DNA of 64,000 nt from Planctomycetota bacterium (GCA_965222115.1 CBDCTJ010000007.1:1472001-1536000); one strand, 5' to 3'; counted from the stretch's first letter, positions 29,003 through 39,321 are shown. Made by a program: numbers and translations. The notes: generated by a model from the sequence alone, not told the origin.

Positions 29003-31939
29003 ATGCAGAGGGAGAAACAAGCGGCGAATCAATGGCAACGGGCGACCACGCACAGTGTGTGTTCGCGTGCGCCTCGCCGCCCGTTTGTTTGTATCGCCGC
29101 GAGTGCACTGCTGATGTTGGTGGGTATCGGCTTGGGTCACGCAACGCGAAGTGTTCACGCGGAGGGCGAGCGCGGATTCAAGCCCTCACCGTTTCACGGG
29201 TCGGTGCCTTATGGCCAGACCAAGTCCTATCCCTATCCCGCGAGTCACGTTCCTTCTACGCAGCGGGGCGCCGCGCAAACCGTTCCAACCACGTACCGCC
29301 CGCGCATCTTGATGGATGGCTCTCCCGACGGTCAACCCCTTCCACCGTTGCCAAAGTCGCCCTTACCCGGACCGGGCGATACGACCCGCACCCCACCTCC
29401 TCTACCGCCACTCTCCCCGCCCGGAGGCGCCACACCGTCACCGAATGGATCGGGACTCCCGCCTTTGCCCCCCGCGGGCAGTCGAGGCGGCGTGGGGTCG
29501 CCCGATGGCGCACCCACGCCATTTACCCCTGCAACGCCTAGCGTTCGCGCGCCGTCCCCGCGCTCGTCGCGTTCAGCGATGTCCATGAGTGATTTGAGTG
29601 ATCGCCCCATGGTGATGGGTATCGAATTCGACGGCAATCAACTGTTCAGCAAGGGCAGTCTAGAAACGCGTATGCGCACCAAGGTGGGGCGTCGCTTTGA
29701 TCCCAATGCGTTTGATGCCGACATGGCCGAACTCTATCGCTTCTTTCAGACCATACAGGTCGTCAGTCGGCGCGTTCAGGGCGGCGTCATCTTGCGCTTC
29801 TTGGTATCCGAGAATCCGCTTGTGACCCGCCTACGAATTCGCGGCGTCGCCGAGATGGAAGAAACCGACATTCGGCAGCTCATGCGCACACGCCAAGGTT
29901 ATCCCTTCAGTCGCTTCCAACTCTCGCAGGATCGCAAGGACATTGTTGAAGCCTACCGTCAACGCGGGTTTCATTTCGCCCATGTACCCGATCCCGTGGT
30001 CACGCGCTCGTCGGCCGGTGGACGCATGGTTACCGTTACAGTCGTTGAAGGGCCCAAAGTCGAAGTGGCGCGCATACTGTTTCGCGGCAACAATCACATT
30101 CCACGCAAAGACCTGATGAAAGTTATGCGCACCAATGAGCCCGACTTTTTGGAACGCATTACAAATTCGACGTTCTTCAATGAAGCTACATTGCGTCAAG
30201 ACCTTGTGGCGCTAAAGCAGCTCTATCGAGACCGTGGATATCTCGATGCCGAGGTGGCGCTTGAAGAGATGCGGTTTTCCGATGACAAGGAAGAGGTACA
30301 AGTCACCATTGCCATTCGCGAGCATCAGCTCTACCGCGTAGGCAATGTCATCGTGGAGATTGAGCGTCAGCCGGGAGGCGGCGTGGGCGCGCCCTCGGCC
30401 GACGACGCGGCATACTTCACGCAAGATCGAATACGTTCGTGGATCGGTCTTCGGCAGGGCGGTCCGTACAGCGGAAAGGTGTTGGCGGAAGGCGTCAAGC
30501 GCGTGCGCGAGGAGTACGGGAAGCGCTCCTTTATGGATGTGCAAGTGTTGCCGCCGCGCTATCAAGGTCGCCCACGCTCGCAGGTGGTGGACCTCACCAT
30601 CAAGGTCAAGGAGGGCGCCAAGTATCGCTTGGCCCGCGTTGACGTCATTGGCAACGAGTTCACGCGAGACAAGATCTTGCGTCGCGATGTGAAAACCGCG
30701 CCGGGCGGTTACGTCGATAGCAACGAACTCGAGCGGGGACTCTCGCGGATTCAACGAACGCGCTTTTTCGATCGCGCAACGTTGCGCCTCGACGATGCGG
30801 TGGGACCCGATGGCGAGTTGTTGCCGGGGTATAAGACGGCAACCTATGAAGTGCAGGAAGGCAAAACGGGTAAGGCCAGCTTCGGACTTCAGTTGGCCAC
30901 CAACGGTGGGTTTGGCGGCACGATTCAGTTCCGCAAGCGCAACTTCGATATCACCCGTTTCCCTACTTCATGGGCCGACATCGAGTCGGGGCGTGCATTC
31001 ACGGGTGCAGGGCAAGAGTTCAATATCTTCCTCGCGCCCAGTACACAGGAGTCGGCGTTCTCGATTGGCTTCCGCGAGCCACGACTCTTTGGATCGGATT
31101 GGTCACTCGATCTCGCGGCGTATCGCCGCTTCGGGTTCCGCGAGTCATTCGTCACCGACCGTTGGGGCTATGTCGTTGGATTGGGCTACCCCCTGTACCG
31201 GGCAGACGACGACACCACGGTGCTCACCGCGGGCATGAGTTGGCGACACGAGTGGGTGGATATCGGAAACATCGGCAGTGGTGCGGTGCCGGGCGCCTAC
31301 CTTTTCCGGCGCGAACACGAACTACGCGCGTTGTCTGCGCAACTTCGTTTGTTCCGCACCGACGACATTCGCGATGGCCGTTGGGAGTCCACCACCAACG
31401 CTCGCTTTGAATCCGCAGGCGGATTCCTTGGCGGCGATCTCGACTTCCGCAAGGCCGAGCTTTCGCATCGCCACATGCATGTGATTCATGAAGATGAAGA
31501 CGGCAAGAAGCACCGTGTCTCAGGACGAACTTCTCTGCAGTGGGGGAAGGCCTTTGGCGACACACCCGAGTTGCCACCCTACGAACGCTTCTACGCTGGT
31601 GGTCGCAACTTCCGCGGATTTTCCTTCCGCGGTATGGGACCCCACATCAACGGTCGTCCCACCGGCGGCGAATGGGCGTGGATCAGTTCGCTCGAATATG
31701 AGTATCCGATTGTGGCCAAACGCATTGCGGGCGTGGTGTTTACCGATTTCGGAACGCTCGGTACCACCATTCATGACGACGACGCCTACGACTGGCGTCT
31801 CTCGGTCGGCTTTGGCCTGCGAATCGCGATACCCATGTTGGGCGAACGACCCCTCGCACTCGATTTCGGCTTCCCCTTGCTCTACGAGGACGAAGACGAG
31901 CGCAGCCTCGTGAGCTTCTCCATGGGCAGAGAATTCTAG
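29003..31939 (+). CDS. bamA: Outer-membrane protein assembly factor BamA (POTRA domains plus beta-barrel) with Pro-rich N-terminal extension
   Basis: POTRA-type GN motifs (IEFDGN, LFRGN, VIGNEFTRDKILRR), ERFYAGG..FRGF, terminal Phe; upstream of skp and lpx genes. Confidence 0.9.
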   Translation: MQREKQAANQWQRATTHSVCSRAPRRPFVCIAASALLMLVGIGLGHATRSVHAEGERGFKPSPFHGSVPYGQTKSYPYPASHVPSTQRGAAQTVPTTYRPRILMDGSPDGQPLPPLPKSPLPGPGDTTRTPPPLPPLSPPGGATPSPNGSGLPPLPPAGSRGGVGSPDGAPTPFTPATPSVRAPSPRSSRSAMSMSDLSDRPMVMGIEFDGNQLFSKGSLETRMRTKVGRRFDPNAFDADMAELYRFFQTIQVVSRRVQGGVILRFLVSENPLVTRLRIRGVAEMEETDIRQLMRTRQGYPFSRFQLSQDRKDIVEAYRQRGFHFAHVPDPVVTRSSAGGRMVTVTVVEGPKVEVARILFRGNNHIPRKDLMKVMRTNEPDFLERITNSTFFNEATLRQDLVALKQLYRDRGYLDAEVALEEMRFSDDKEEVQVTIAIREHQLYRVGNVIVEIERQPGGGVGAPSADDAAYFTQDRIRSWIGLRQGGPYSGKVLAEGVKRVREEYGKRSFMDVQVLPPRYQGRPRSQVVDLTIKVKEGAKYRLARVDVIGNEFTRDKILRRDVKTAPGGYVDSNELERGLSRIQRTRFFDRATLRLDDAVGPDGELLPGYKTATYEVQEGKTGKASFGLQLATNGGFGGTIQFRKRNFDITRFPTSWADIESGRAFTGAGQEFNIFLAPSTQESAFSIGFREPRLFGSDWSLDLAAYRRFGFRESFVTDRWGYVVGLGYPLYRADDDTTVLTAGMSWRHEWVDIGNIGSGAVPGAYLFRREHELRALSAQLRLFRTDDIRDGRWESTTNARFESAGGFLGGDLDFRKAELSHRHMHVIHEDEDGKKHRVSGRTSLQWGKAFGDTPELPPYERFYAGGRNFRGFSFRGMGPHINGRPTGGEWAWISSLEYEYPIVAKRIAGVVFTDFGTLGTTIHDDDAYDWRLSVGFGLRIAIPMLGERPLALDFGFPLLYEDEDERSLVSFSMGREF

Positions 31940-32047
31940 GCGTTTGACCCCCAGTGGGGATCACAATCGAGCAATGGGTACCGGGCCCCGTACGATGCGC
32001 CGGATCGGTTTTATGGTCCCTGCCACGGGACAGCGCATGGGCTCGCC

Positions 32048-32803
32048 ATGCATGCGCAGGAGGACACGATAATGCACGCAGAGATGATCAATGCAGCGAT
32101 GACGAACGTAACGAAGACGAACCGTCGTTTTAGAGTTCTGGCCCTCGCGGTAGCACTGATCGCGGGCATCGGTGCCAGTGCAGACGTGGCACTCGCTGCG
32201 CCCGATCTCGCCGTCGTAGACATGATGCGCCTGATTGAGTCGCACCCGGATACGCAGACGCTCGACGCCAAGCTCAAGCAGGCCACCTTGCGCGCCAAAA
32301 AATCGGCCGACGATGAGCGCAAACGTCTCGACAAAATGCGCAAAGAGATCGAGCTGCTCAGTCGCGGGAGTCCCGAGCGACTTGCCAAGGAGAAGCAGTT
32401 TCAGCAACGCATGACCAACGCCGACTTTGCCTACAAGTGGGAGTTGAAAGTCGCGCGCGATCGTTACGTTGCCGCCCTGGAAGAAACCTATCAGAGCTTA
32501 CGCGCCGTGGTCGCTCGTTATGCACGCATGAACAACATCAAACTTGTCATCCAGCACGTCGATCCGTCGCGACCCATCAATGCCTCTGAACCCCAGGACT
32601 TTTTTCTCAAGCTTCGCTTGCGGCAAGTGGTTCATTTCGACAAGACCGTAGACATTACCGATGCGATTCTTGCTGAGGTGAAAAAAGACGCGGCCAGTCG
32701 TGTTCCCGCCCCCAATCGCGGTGGCGCAGCAAACAATGGACGCGGTGCCGGTCGTTCACCCAACCGCCCGTCGGAGATTGGCGCACCACCGAGCGGACGG
32801 TAG
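32048..32803 (+). CDS. skp: Skp/OmpH periplasmic chaperone
   Basis: Signal peptide, LAVVDM, coiled-coil arms, VDITDAIL; located after bamA. Start uncertain (several in-frame ATGs). Confidence 0.8.
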   Translation: MHAQEDTIMHAEMINAAMTNVTKTNRRFRVLALAVALIAGIGASADVALAAPDLAVVDMMRLIESHPDTQTLDAKLKQATLRAKKSADDERKRLDKMRKEIELLSRGSPERLAKEKQFQQRMTNADFAYKWELKVARDRYVAALEETYQSLRAVVARYARMNNIKLVIQHVDPSRPINASEPQDFFLKLRLRQVVHFDKTVDITDAILAEVKKDAASRVPAPNRGGAANNGRGAGRSPNRPSEIGAPPSGR

Positions 32804-32830
32804 TTGCGCGGCGTAAGGCAAGGGACGCCC

Positions 32831-34141
32831 ATGGCCCGTAATCAACGCACCGTACGCGGCGAAGCCAGCGTTACCGGCGTGGGGCTTCACACCGGTGCGT
32901 CCACCACGCTCACCGTTACGCCCGCCGAGGCGAATCAGGGCGTCGTATTTGTTCGTAGTGATATGGACGGGGAGCCGCGCGTTCCCGTACACGTCGCCAG
33001 TTTGCGTCAACAGCAACGACGCACAACGCTGGTGGGGGATGCGGAAGCCGAAGTCCACACGGTAGAGCACTTCCTTAGTTGCATGCATGCGCTGGGTATC
33101 GACAACGCCACGGTACGCATTTCGGGTCCTGAGTGCCCCGGCATGGATGGCAGCGCGAGGCCCTTTCTCGACATGTTGGATGCCGCGGGCATCAAGGAGC
33201 AAGACGAGCCGCGTCAAGTGATTCGTTTAGATTCGCCGGTATCGGTTCAGACCGGTCCGCGTTGTTCGCTTTCGGCGCTTCCCACCGACGGCGAGTTTTC
33301 CGTGGCGTATACCCTTGAGTACGGCCACGTATACCTAGACACACAACACTTCTCGGCACGCGTGAATCCCGAGTCGTTTCGCAAACAAATTGCGGGCGCG
33401 CGCACGTTTTGTTTGGAAGAAGAGGCCCAAGCGCTACGCGACAACAACTTGGGTCTCGGTGCCACCTATGAGAACACGTTGGTTGTGGGCGACGAAGGCG
33501 TCATCAACAATGAGTTGCGTTGGCCGGATGAGTTTGCACGCCACAAAGCGCTCGACCTGATCGGTGATCTCTATTTGCTGGGTGCCGACCTTGAAGCCCA
33601 TGTGGTTGCACTACGCAGCGGTCACGCGGCCAACCTCGAACTGGTGCAGGCGATTTTGCGTCATGTGGAAGATCGTGAACGAACCGCCAAGGGCGATGAG
33701 CCCGCGCTGCGCCACGACCAAATCGTGCGCATCCTTCCCCATCGCTATCCCTTCCTCCTGGTGGATCGCGTTACCGAACTCGAGGGCTACACGCGTGCGG
33801 TGGGCATCAAGAACGTCAGTCTCAACGAGCCGTTTTTCCAAGGGCACTATCCCGGTGAGCCCATTATGCCTGGCGTACTCATTCTGGAGGCCATGGCCCA
33901 ACTTGCCGGCCTGCTGTTGCTACGAAAACTCGAACTTACGGGGAAGGTGCCCGTATTGCTCTCCATCGACCGCGTGAAGTTTCGCCGCGCAGTCGTGCCA
34001 GGCGACCAGATTCGACTGGAGGCGTTTACGATTCGTTTGTCGGGCGGGCGCGGACGCGTACGGTGTCGTTCCACGGTAGGGGGTGTTCGTGTTGCGGAGG
34101 CCCGCTTGAACTTTGCACTCACGGAGTCGTCGTCGGCATGA
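32831..34141 (+). CDS. lpxC: Fused LpxC (UDP-3-O-acyl-GlcNAc deacetylase) / FabZ (3-hydroxyacyl-ACP dehydratase)
   Basis: GVGLHTG, TVEHFLS, MDGSA, ARTF, RHKALDLIGD, then LPHRYPFLLVD and GHYPGEPIMPGVLILEAMAQ. Confidence 0.95.
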   Translation: MARNQRTVRGEASVTGVGLHTGASTTLTVTPAEANQGVVFVRSDMDGEPRVPVHVASLRQQQRRTTLVGDAEAEVHTVEHFLSCMHALGIDNATVRISGPECPGMDGSARPFLDMLDAAGIKEQDEPRQVIRLDSPVSVQTGPRCSLSALPTDGEFSVAYTLEYGHVYLDTQHFSARVNPESFRKQIAGARTFCLEEEAQALRDNNLGLGATYENTLVVGDEGVINNELRWPDEFARHKALDLIGDLYLLGADLEAHVVALRSGHAANLELVQAILRHVEDRERTAKGDEPALRHDQIVRILPHRYPFLLVDRVTELEGYTRAVGIKNVSLNEPFFQGHYPGEPIMPGVLILEAMAQLAGLLLLRKLELTGKVPVLLSIDRVKFRRAVVPGDQIRLEAFTIRLSGGRGRVRCRSTVGGVRVAEARLNFALTESSSA

Positions 34142-34965
34142 GCGCTGCGCCATCCAGTCCATCCGTTCACGCCACCGCCGTTGTGGATGATCGCGCCACA
34201 CTGGGCGAAGGTGTTGAAATCGGACCCTACGCGGTCATTGAGGGACCCGTTGTCTTGGGTGATGGCACGCGAGTGCGCGCGCATGGCATGGTGTGTGGCC
34301 ACACCGAACTGGGGCGGGAAAACGAAATCTTTCCCGGTGCGGTCATCGGGATCGCCCCGCAAGACTTGAAGCACCGCGGTGAGGCCACGCGTCTTGTCGT
34401 GGGCGACCGTAACCAGTTTCGCGAACACGTTACGGTACACGCCGGGACCATTAAGGGCGGTGGCATCACGCGCATCGGATCCGATAATCTTTTTATGGTG
34501 GGATCCCATGTTGCACACGACTGCGCGATTGGCAATCGCGTTGTTCTCTCCAACCATGTCCTCTTGGCCGGTCACATTCGCGTGGGCGACCGCGCCATAC
34601 TCAACGGCGCGTGTGCGTGCCACCACTTCACGACCATCGGGCGGCTTGCGTACGTGGGCGGACTTACCCGTATCACACAAGACGTGCACCCGTTCACGAT
34701 TGTCGAAGGTCATCCGGCGCGAATTCGTGCGTGCAATGTTATTGGCATGCGCCGCGCCGGGATTGAAGAGGACGACGTGCAGCTTATCAAGAATGCGGTT
34801 CGCGACATTTTGGTGTCGGATCGCATGTCGGCCGCCGACGGTATTGCGAGATACAACGAGTCCCATCCCGGGCATCCCTTGATCACGGAACTTGTTGCCT
34901 CCATCGAGGCGTCACGTGACGGCCGCCAGGGCCGGGCGGGTGAACTCCCCGCGAAGAAGACCTAG
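34138..34965 (+). CDS. lpxA: Acyl-ACP:UDP-N-acetylglucosamine acyltransferase
   Basis: VHATAVV, PQDLK, SHVAHDC, LAGH; hexapeptide repeats. ATGA overlap with lpxC/fabZ. Confidence 0.94.
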   Translation: MSAAPSSPSVHATAVVDDRATLGEGVEIGPYAVIEGPVVLGDGTRVRAHGMVCGHTELGRENEIFPGAVIGIAPQDLKHRGEATRLVVGDRNQFREHVTVHAGTIKGGGITRIGSDNLFMVGSHVAHDCAIGNRVVLSNHVLLAGHIRVGDRAILNGACACHHFTTIGRLAYVGGLTRITQDVHPFTIVEGHPARIRACNVIGMRRAGIEEDDVQLIKNAVRDILVSDRMSAADGIARYNESHPGHPLITELVASIEASRDGRQGRAGELPAKKT

Positions 34966-34979
34966 GAACGGCAACGCGG

Positions 34980-36119
34980 ATGAGTCACAGATCAAGCGCC
35001 CAGACGCCGAGTTCCTCGCCTTCGCGTGAACCGCTTTCCGCTGCCGTGATTGGCGTGGGAAGTTTCGGGCGTCATCACGCACGCATCTATAGCGAGCTTG
35101 CCGATCAAGGCGTTCAACTCACCGGACTTGTCGATGTCGATCTTGATCGCATTCGTTCCCTTGCCGATGACCTTGGTGTTCCAGCAGTAGCTTCGATGGA
35201 TCAGCTTCCGAACCGCGTGGACTTGGCATCGATTGCGGTGCCGACGTCTGCGCATCGTCAGGTCGCCGAGCCTCTGTTGCGTCGTGGCATCCATTGCTTG
35301 GTGGAGAAGCCCATTGCGGGATCCACGCGCGACGCGTCGGCACTGGTCGATGCCGCACGCGACGGACGTGCGTGTCTGCAAGTGGGCATGGTCGAACGAT
35401 TCAATCCCGTCACGGAAGCGCTCGATCAACTTGGCGAGCCGCCTGTGTATGTGGAAGTGCATCGCCTCAGCACGCCCACGCCCCGCGTAACCGACATCGG
35501 CGTCGTCATGGATCTAATGATTCACGACCTCGATATTTTGAATCACGTCATGGGCGCGGTCACCATCGACGACGTGCAAGCTGTGGGCGTGAGCATGATG
35601 GGTAAACATGAAGACATGGTGAATGCGCGTTTGACCTATGCGAACGGCTGCGTGGCCAACGTCACGGCAAGTCGCGTGTCGAGTCAGCGCATGCGGCGCA
35701 TTCGTGTGTTTACTGCCAGCGGCTATATGTGTTTGGATTACGACCAACGCGAAGCGCGCATCGTTCGCTCGCGCACGCAATCTACCGCTTCCAAGGCGCC
35801 AATCGACGCTGCTCCCGCCGACGCGCGCGCGCGTCTTGATCGCCCTGTCGATGATCACGATTGGGAACTGCTGATTGCGGCCATGGCGGCGCAAGCGGCG
35901 GGACTGGATGACCAGCGCGTGAGCGGCCACCGTCCCGAGTTTGAAGAGCTCCTGAGCACCCAGTGCCTGCCGGTGGTGGACGGGGAGCCGCTGCGGCGAG
36001 AAATTGAATCGCTCGTGGCAGCCATTCGGGCTGGGTCGAGGCCCGTCGTGGAGGGCCAGGCGGGGCTCCGCGCGCTCCATTTGGCGGAGCGAATCCTGGC
36101 TTCGTTGGCGGTTGGGTAG
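34980..36119 (+). CDS. Gfo/Idh/MocA oxidoreductase (possible GnnA, UDP-GlcNAc 3-dehydrogenase)
   Basis: VIGVGSFGRHHAR, LVEKP, ERFNP, DLMIHDLD, TASRVS; directly after lpxA. Confidence 0.85.
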   Translation: MSHRSSAQTPSSSPSREPLSAAVIGVGSFGRHHARIYSELADQGVQLTGLVDVDLDRIRSLADDLGVPAVASMDQLPNRVDLASIAVPTSAHRQVAEPLLRRGIHCLVEKPIAGSTRDASALVDAARDGRACLQVGMVERFNPVTEALDQLGEPPVYVEVHRLSTPTPRVTDIGVVMDLMIHDLDILNHVMGAVTIDDVQAVGVSMMGKHEDMVNARLTYANGCVANVTASRVSSQRMRRIRVFTASGYMCLDYDQREARIVRSRTQSTASKAPIDAAPADARARLDRPVDDHDWELLIAAMAAQAAGLDDQRVSGHRPEFEELLSTQCLPVVDGEPLRREIESLVAAIRAGSRPVVEGQAGLRALHLAERILASLAVG

Positions 36120-36184
36120 CCGGTACAAGCCCGCAATCCGCACGATTCGCGCCTCCGAAGCGGCTCCCCGCGCTTGATGCGCTT

Positions 36185-36212
36185 TTGACCCAATGACCGG
36201 GGGCGCTACACT
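36185..36212 (+). promoter_or_regulatory. Putative sigma70 promoter of the rpsB-tsf-pyrH-frr operon
   Basis: TTGACC-16 nt-TACACT, about 270 nt upstream of rpsB. Confidence 0.5.
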
Positions 36213-36485
36213 CGCGCGCTTGTCCCCGCATTTTTGACCTATTTCGGTCAGTGGGAGGGACGATTTCGGGCCCGCGTCGCTGCGTGCGATGGCGGTCGTT
36301 TGAATTTGGTGGCCGCATCCGGCCGCCCGCACATCGGTGGTGGTCGCTTCGCAGGTTGTGACGCGTCCCGGTGGGTTGTACGTCTGCGTCATCATGTTGA
36401 TGAGTGCGTCGTGTGTTGCGGGCCCGGTCGATGCGCGTCGATGGAGAGTTGCGATGCAACGTATGCGACGTTCAAGGAGTCGGAC

Positions 36486-37538
36486 TTGTCTCAGATAACG
36501 CTCGACCAATTGCTGGAAAATGGCGTGCACTTTGGACACCGCGTGAGCCGGTGGAACCCGAAGATGAAACCCTTCATTCACGGCAAGCGCAATTCGATCC
36601 ACATTATTGATCTCAAGCAAACCGTACGCGGCCTCGTTCGTGCGCGGCATTACCTCCAGGGCATTGCGGCCGATGGTGGCCACATCCTTTGGGTGGGTAC
36701 CAAGCGCAGCGCCAAGGAATCGGTACGCAACATCGCCGTGCGCACGCGCCAGCCCTACGTTACCGAGCGTTGGCTGGGTGGCTGTTTGACCAACTACCGC
36801 ACCATTCGCAGTCGCCTCGGTCGTCTTGCCGAACTCGAAAAGCTCGCTGCCGACGGCACCATGGAGTTGCTCAAGAAGAAGGAGCAGGCGCGTCTTCGGA
36901 TTGAAGAAAAGAAGCTGCTCAAGAATCTCGGCGGCATTCGCGACCTCGAGCGTTTGCCCGCGTGTTTGGTCGTGGTCGATCCCAAGAATGAGCACATCGC
37001 CGTCGCCGAAGCCAACAAGATGCAGATTCCTGTCATCGCGTTGCTCGATACCGACTGCGATCCCGATTACGTCGACATTCCGATTCCCGCCAATGACGAC
37101 GCCATGCGCTCCGTCAATCTCCTGTTGTCGCTCCTCGCCGAAGCGGTTGAAGAGGGCAATAAGGTGTGGGCGGTCGTTGTTGCCGAGCAGGAGAAGATTG
37201 AAGCGGCCAAGCGTCGCGAAGAGGAAGGTCGACGCGAAGCCGAACGTCAGCGTCGCAAGGTCACCGAAGACTGGCAGGCACGTTTGCGTGCCGAGCGCAG
37301 CGGTGGCGGTGATGCGGCAACCGCAACGGCAACCGCAACCGCAACGGCAACAGGGCCCGGCGACGGAGAAACACCCGTCGCCGATGGCAGTTCGCCTGAA
37401 AGCAAAGCACCGGAAGGCGATGACGCTAAGCCGTCGGACGCGCCGGAAAGCAAGTCCGAAGCATCGGATAGCCAGTCGGATAGCAAGCCCGATGCGACCG
37501 AGAGCAAGCCCGACGCACCGGAAGGCGCCGCCGAGTAA
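36486..37538 (+). CDS. rpsB: 30S ribosomal protein S2 with long C-terminal extension
   Basis: LLENGVHFGH, WNPKMKPFI, VGTK, RWLGGCLTN, DTDCDP, PANDDA; TTG start after AAGGAG. Confidence 0.96.
   Translation: MSQITLDQLLENGVHFGHRVSRWNPKMKPFIHGKRNSIHIIDLKQTVRGLVRARHYLQGIAADGGHILWVGTKRSAKESVRNIAVRTRQPYVTERWLGGCLTNYRTIRSRLGRLAELEKLAADGTMELLKKKEQARLRIEEKKLLKNLGGIRDLERLPACLVVVDPKNEHIAVAEANKMQIPVIALLDTDCDPDYVDIPIPANDDAMRSVNLLLSLLAEAVEEGNKVWAVVVAEQEKIEAAKRREEEGRREAERQRRKVTEDWQARLRAERSGGGDAATATATATATATGPGDGETPVADGSSPESKAPEGDDAKPSDAPESKSEASDSQSDSKPDATESKPDAPEGAAE
37317..37352 (+). repeat. In-frame hexamer tandem repeat (GCAACN)x6 encoding (Ala-Thr)6 in the S2 tail
   Basis: gcaacc gcaacg gcaacc gcaacc gcaacg gcaaca, read directly. 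Confidence 0.9.
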
Positions 37539-37698
37539 GTTCGGTTCAAGCAAATTTCGACGAGGCGGCGCATGTTGCGAGGCCATGCCGCGGGCGCAGC
37601 ACGCCCCGATATGTAGGACGTGATCGTGCCGATCGGGGCATGAGCCGCACCCCTAGCCGCGACATGGAACAGGACCACCGATGAAGAAGGACAGCACG

Positions 37699-38553
37699 AT
37701 GGAAATCTCAGCCAAACTCGTGATGCAGCTGCGCGCCCAGACGGGCCTACCCATGATGAAGTGCAAGAAGGCGCTCATCGAAGCCGAGGGCGACATCGAG
37801 AAAGCGTTCGATCTTCTGCGTAAGGACGGCGCGAAGACCGCCGAACAGAAGCGCGGTCGCAAGACGGCTCATGGCCTCGTTGGTACGTTTCTAAATGACG
37901 ATGGCTCCGCCGGTGGGTTGGTACAGGTGCAATGCGAGACGGAGTCCGTTGCCGTGACGCCCATGTTCCTTGAGTTCGTTGAGGGCGTCACCGAATGCCT
38001 GCGAACGAGCGATGCTGCCGACGCCGACGCACTGAAGAAGCTACCCTGGAAGGGTGACGCGGGCGATACCGTTGAAGAAGCCCTGCTTTCGCTGGTCTCA
38101 AAGATCCGCGAGAACATTCAAATCGGTGGTGTTGCGAAGTACAACGCCGAGGGCAAGGGCTGCGTGGGCATCTACCGCCACCACGACAAGAAGACCGCTG
38201 CCATGGTGGCGCTCGATGGCGAGGGCGACCTCAACAATTTCGCCCGCGAACTCTGCATGCACATTGTGTTTAGCCGCCCAGAAGTGCTTTCTCGCGATGA
38301 GCTCAATGCGGCCGACATCGAGAAGGAAACCGCGTTCTTGCGTGAGCAGATTGCCGAAGATCCAAAGATGAAGGGCAAGCCCGAGGCGGCCATCGAAGGC
38401 ATCCTTAAAGGGCGGCTCGAAAAGAACTATTTCGGTACCCGCGTGCTCAATGAACAGCCGTGGTACCGCGACAACTCGTCAAAGGTCACGCAACACTTGG
38501 ACGAGCACAAAGCCGAGATCCGCGAGTTCATTCTCGTTCAACCCGGGGGATAA
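37699..38553 (+). CDS. tsf: Elongation factor Ts
   Basis: LRAQTGLPMMKCKKAL, CETE, IRENI, MHI; follows rpsB. Confidence 0.95.
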   Translation: MEISAKLVMQLRAQTGLPMMKCKKALIEAEGDIEKAFDLLRKDGAKTAEQKRGRKTAHGLVGTFLNDDGSAGGLVQVQCETESVAVTPMFLEFVEGVTECLRTSDAADADALKKLPWKGDAGDTVEEALLSLVSKIRENIQIGGVAKYNAEGKGCVGIYRHHDKKTAAMVALDGEGDLNNFARELCMHIVFSRPEVLSRDELNAADIEKETAFLREQIAEDPKMKGKPEAAIEGILKGRLEKNYFGTRVLNEQPWYRDNSSKVTQHLDEHKAEIREFILVQPGG

Positions 38554-38592
38554 GTCGGCCTTCGCCGAATCCTCAGTGAGAGTCCATCCTTC

Positions 38593-39321
38593 GTGAACGC
38601 AACTCTTCGATGGCAACGCGTCTTGCTGAAAGTCTCGGGAGAGGCGTTTGCCGGTGCGTCGGGCCGACCGGTGGATGCCGACGGCATCACGTCGCTCGCC
38701 AAAGACATCGCTGAAGCTCATGCGATGGGCGTGCAGATCGCCGTCGTCAATGGCGGCGGCAACATCCTTCGTGGCGCGCAGACGCAAATCGACGGATTGT
38801 TGCGCACCACGGCCGACACCATGGGCATGCTGGCGACCATTATCAATGCCCTTTCGCTAGCCGACTTGCTCGAACACAACGGCGTGCCCACGCGTGTGCA
38901 AACGTCGATTGCCATGAAGGAAGTGGCCGAGCCCTATATTCGTAGTCGCGCCATTCGTCATTTGGAAAAGGGTCGCGTAGTCATCCTCGCGGGCGGCACT
39001 GGGCATCCGTTCTTTAGCACCGATACCACGGCCGCCTTGCGCGGGAGCGAAGTCGGCGCAGACGTCGTCCTGAAAGGCACCAAAGTTGATGGGGTCTACG
39101 ACCGCGATCCCAAGATTCACAAAGACGCCACGCGATTCGAATCGCTTTCCTTTGAAGATGTGCTCGAAAAGCGCCTGCACGTCATGGATCGCACCGCCAT
39201 CACGCTCTGCGAAGAAAACAAGCTGCCCATCGTGGTATTTGAAATGGGCGCTGGCAACTTGGCCAAGCTGCTTGGTGGCGCAGATATGGGAACGTTGGTG
39301 GACGTCGCCCCCGCGTCTTGA
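38593..39321 (+). CDS. pyrH: Uridylate kinase
   Basis: LLKVSGE, GGGNILRG, DTMGMLAT, PFFSTDT, DGVYDRDP, VMDRTA. Confidence 0.97.
   Translation: MNATLRWQRVLLKVSGEAFAGASGRPVDADGITSLAKDIAEAHAMGVQIAVVNGGGNILRGAQTQIDGLLRTTADTMGMLATIINALSLADLLEHNGVPTRVQTSIAMKEVAEPYIRSRAIRHLEKGRVVILAGGTGHPFFSTDTTAALRGSEVGADVVLKGTKVDGVYDRDPKIHKDATRFESLSFEDVLEKRLHVMDRTAITLCEENKLPIVVFEMGAGNLAKLLGGADMGTLVDVAPAS

Noticed and set aside
35514-37586. 690-aa minus-strand ORF (and similar long antisense ORFs such as 50989-52344 and 57701-58843)
   Set aside because: They overlap well-supported genes on the opposite strand, as expected from high-GC codon bias, and have no recognisable motifs.
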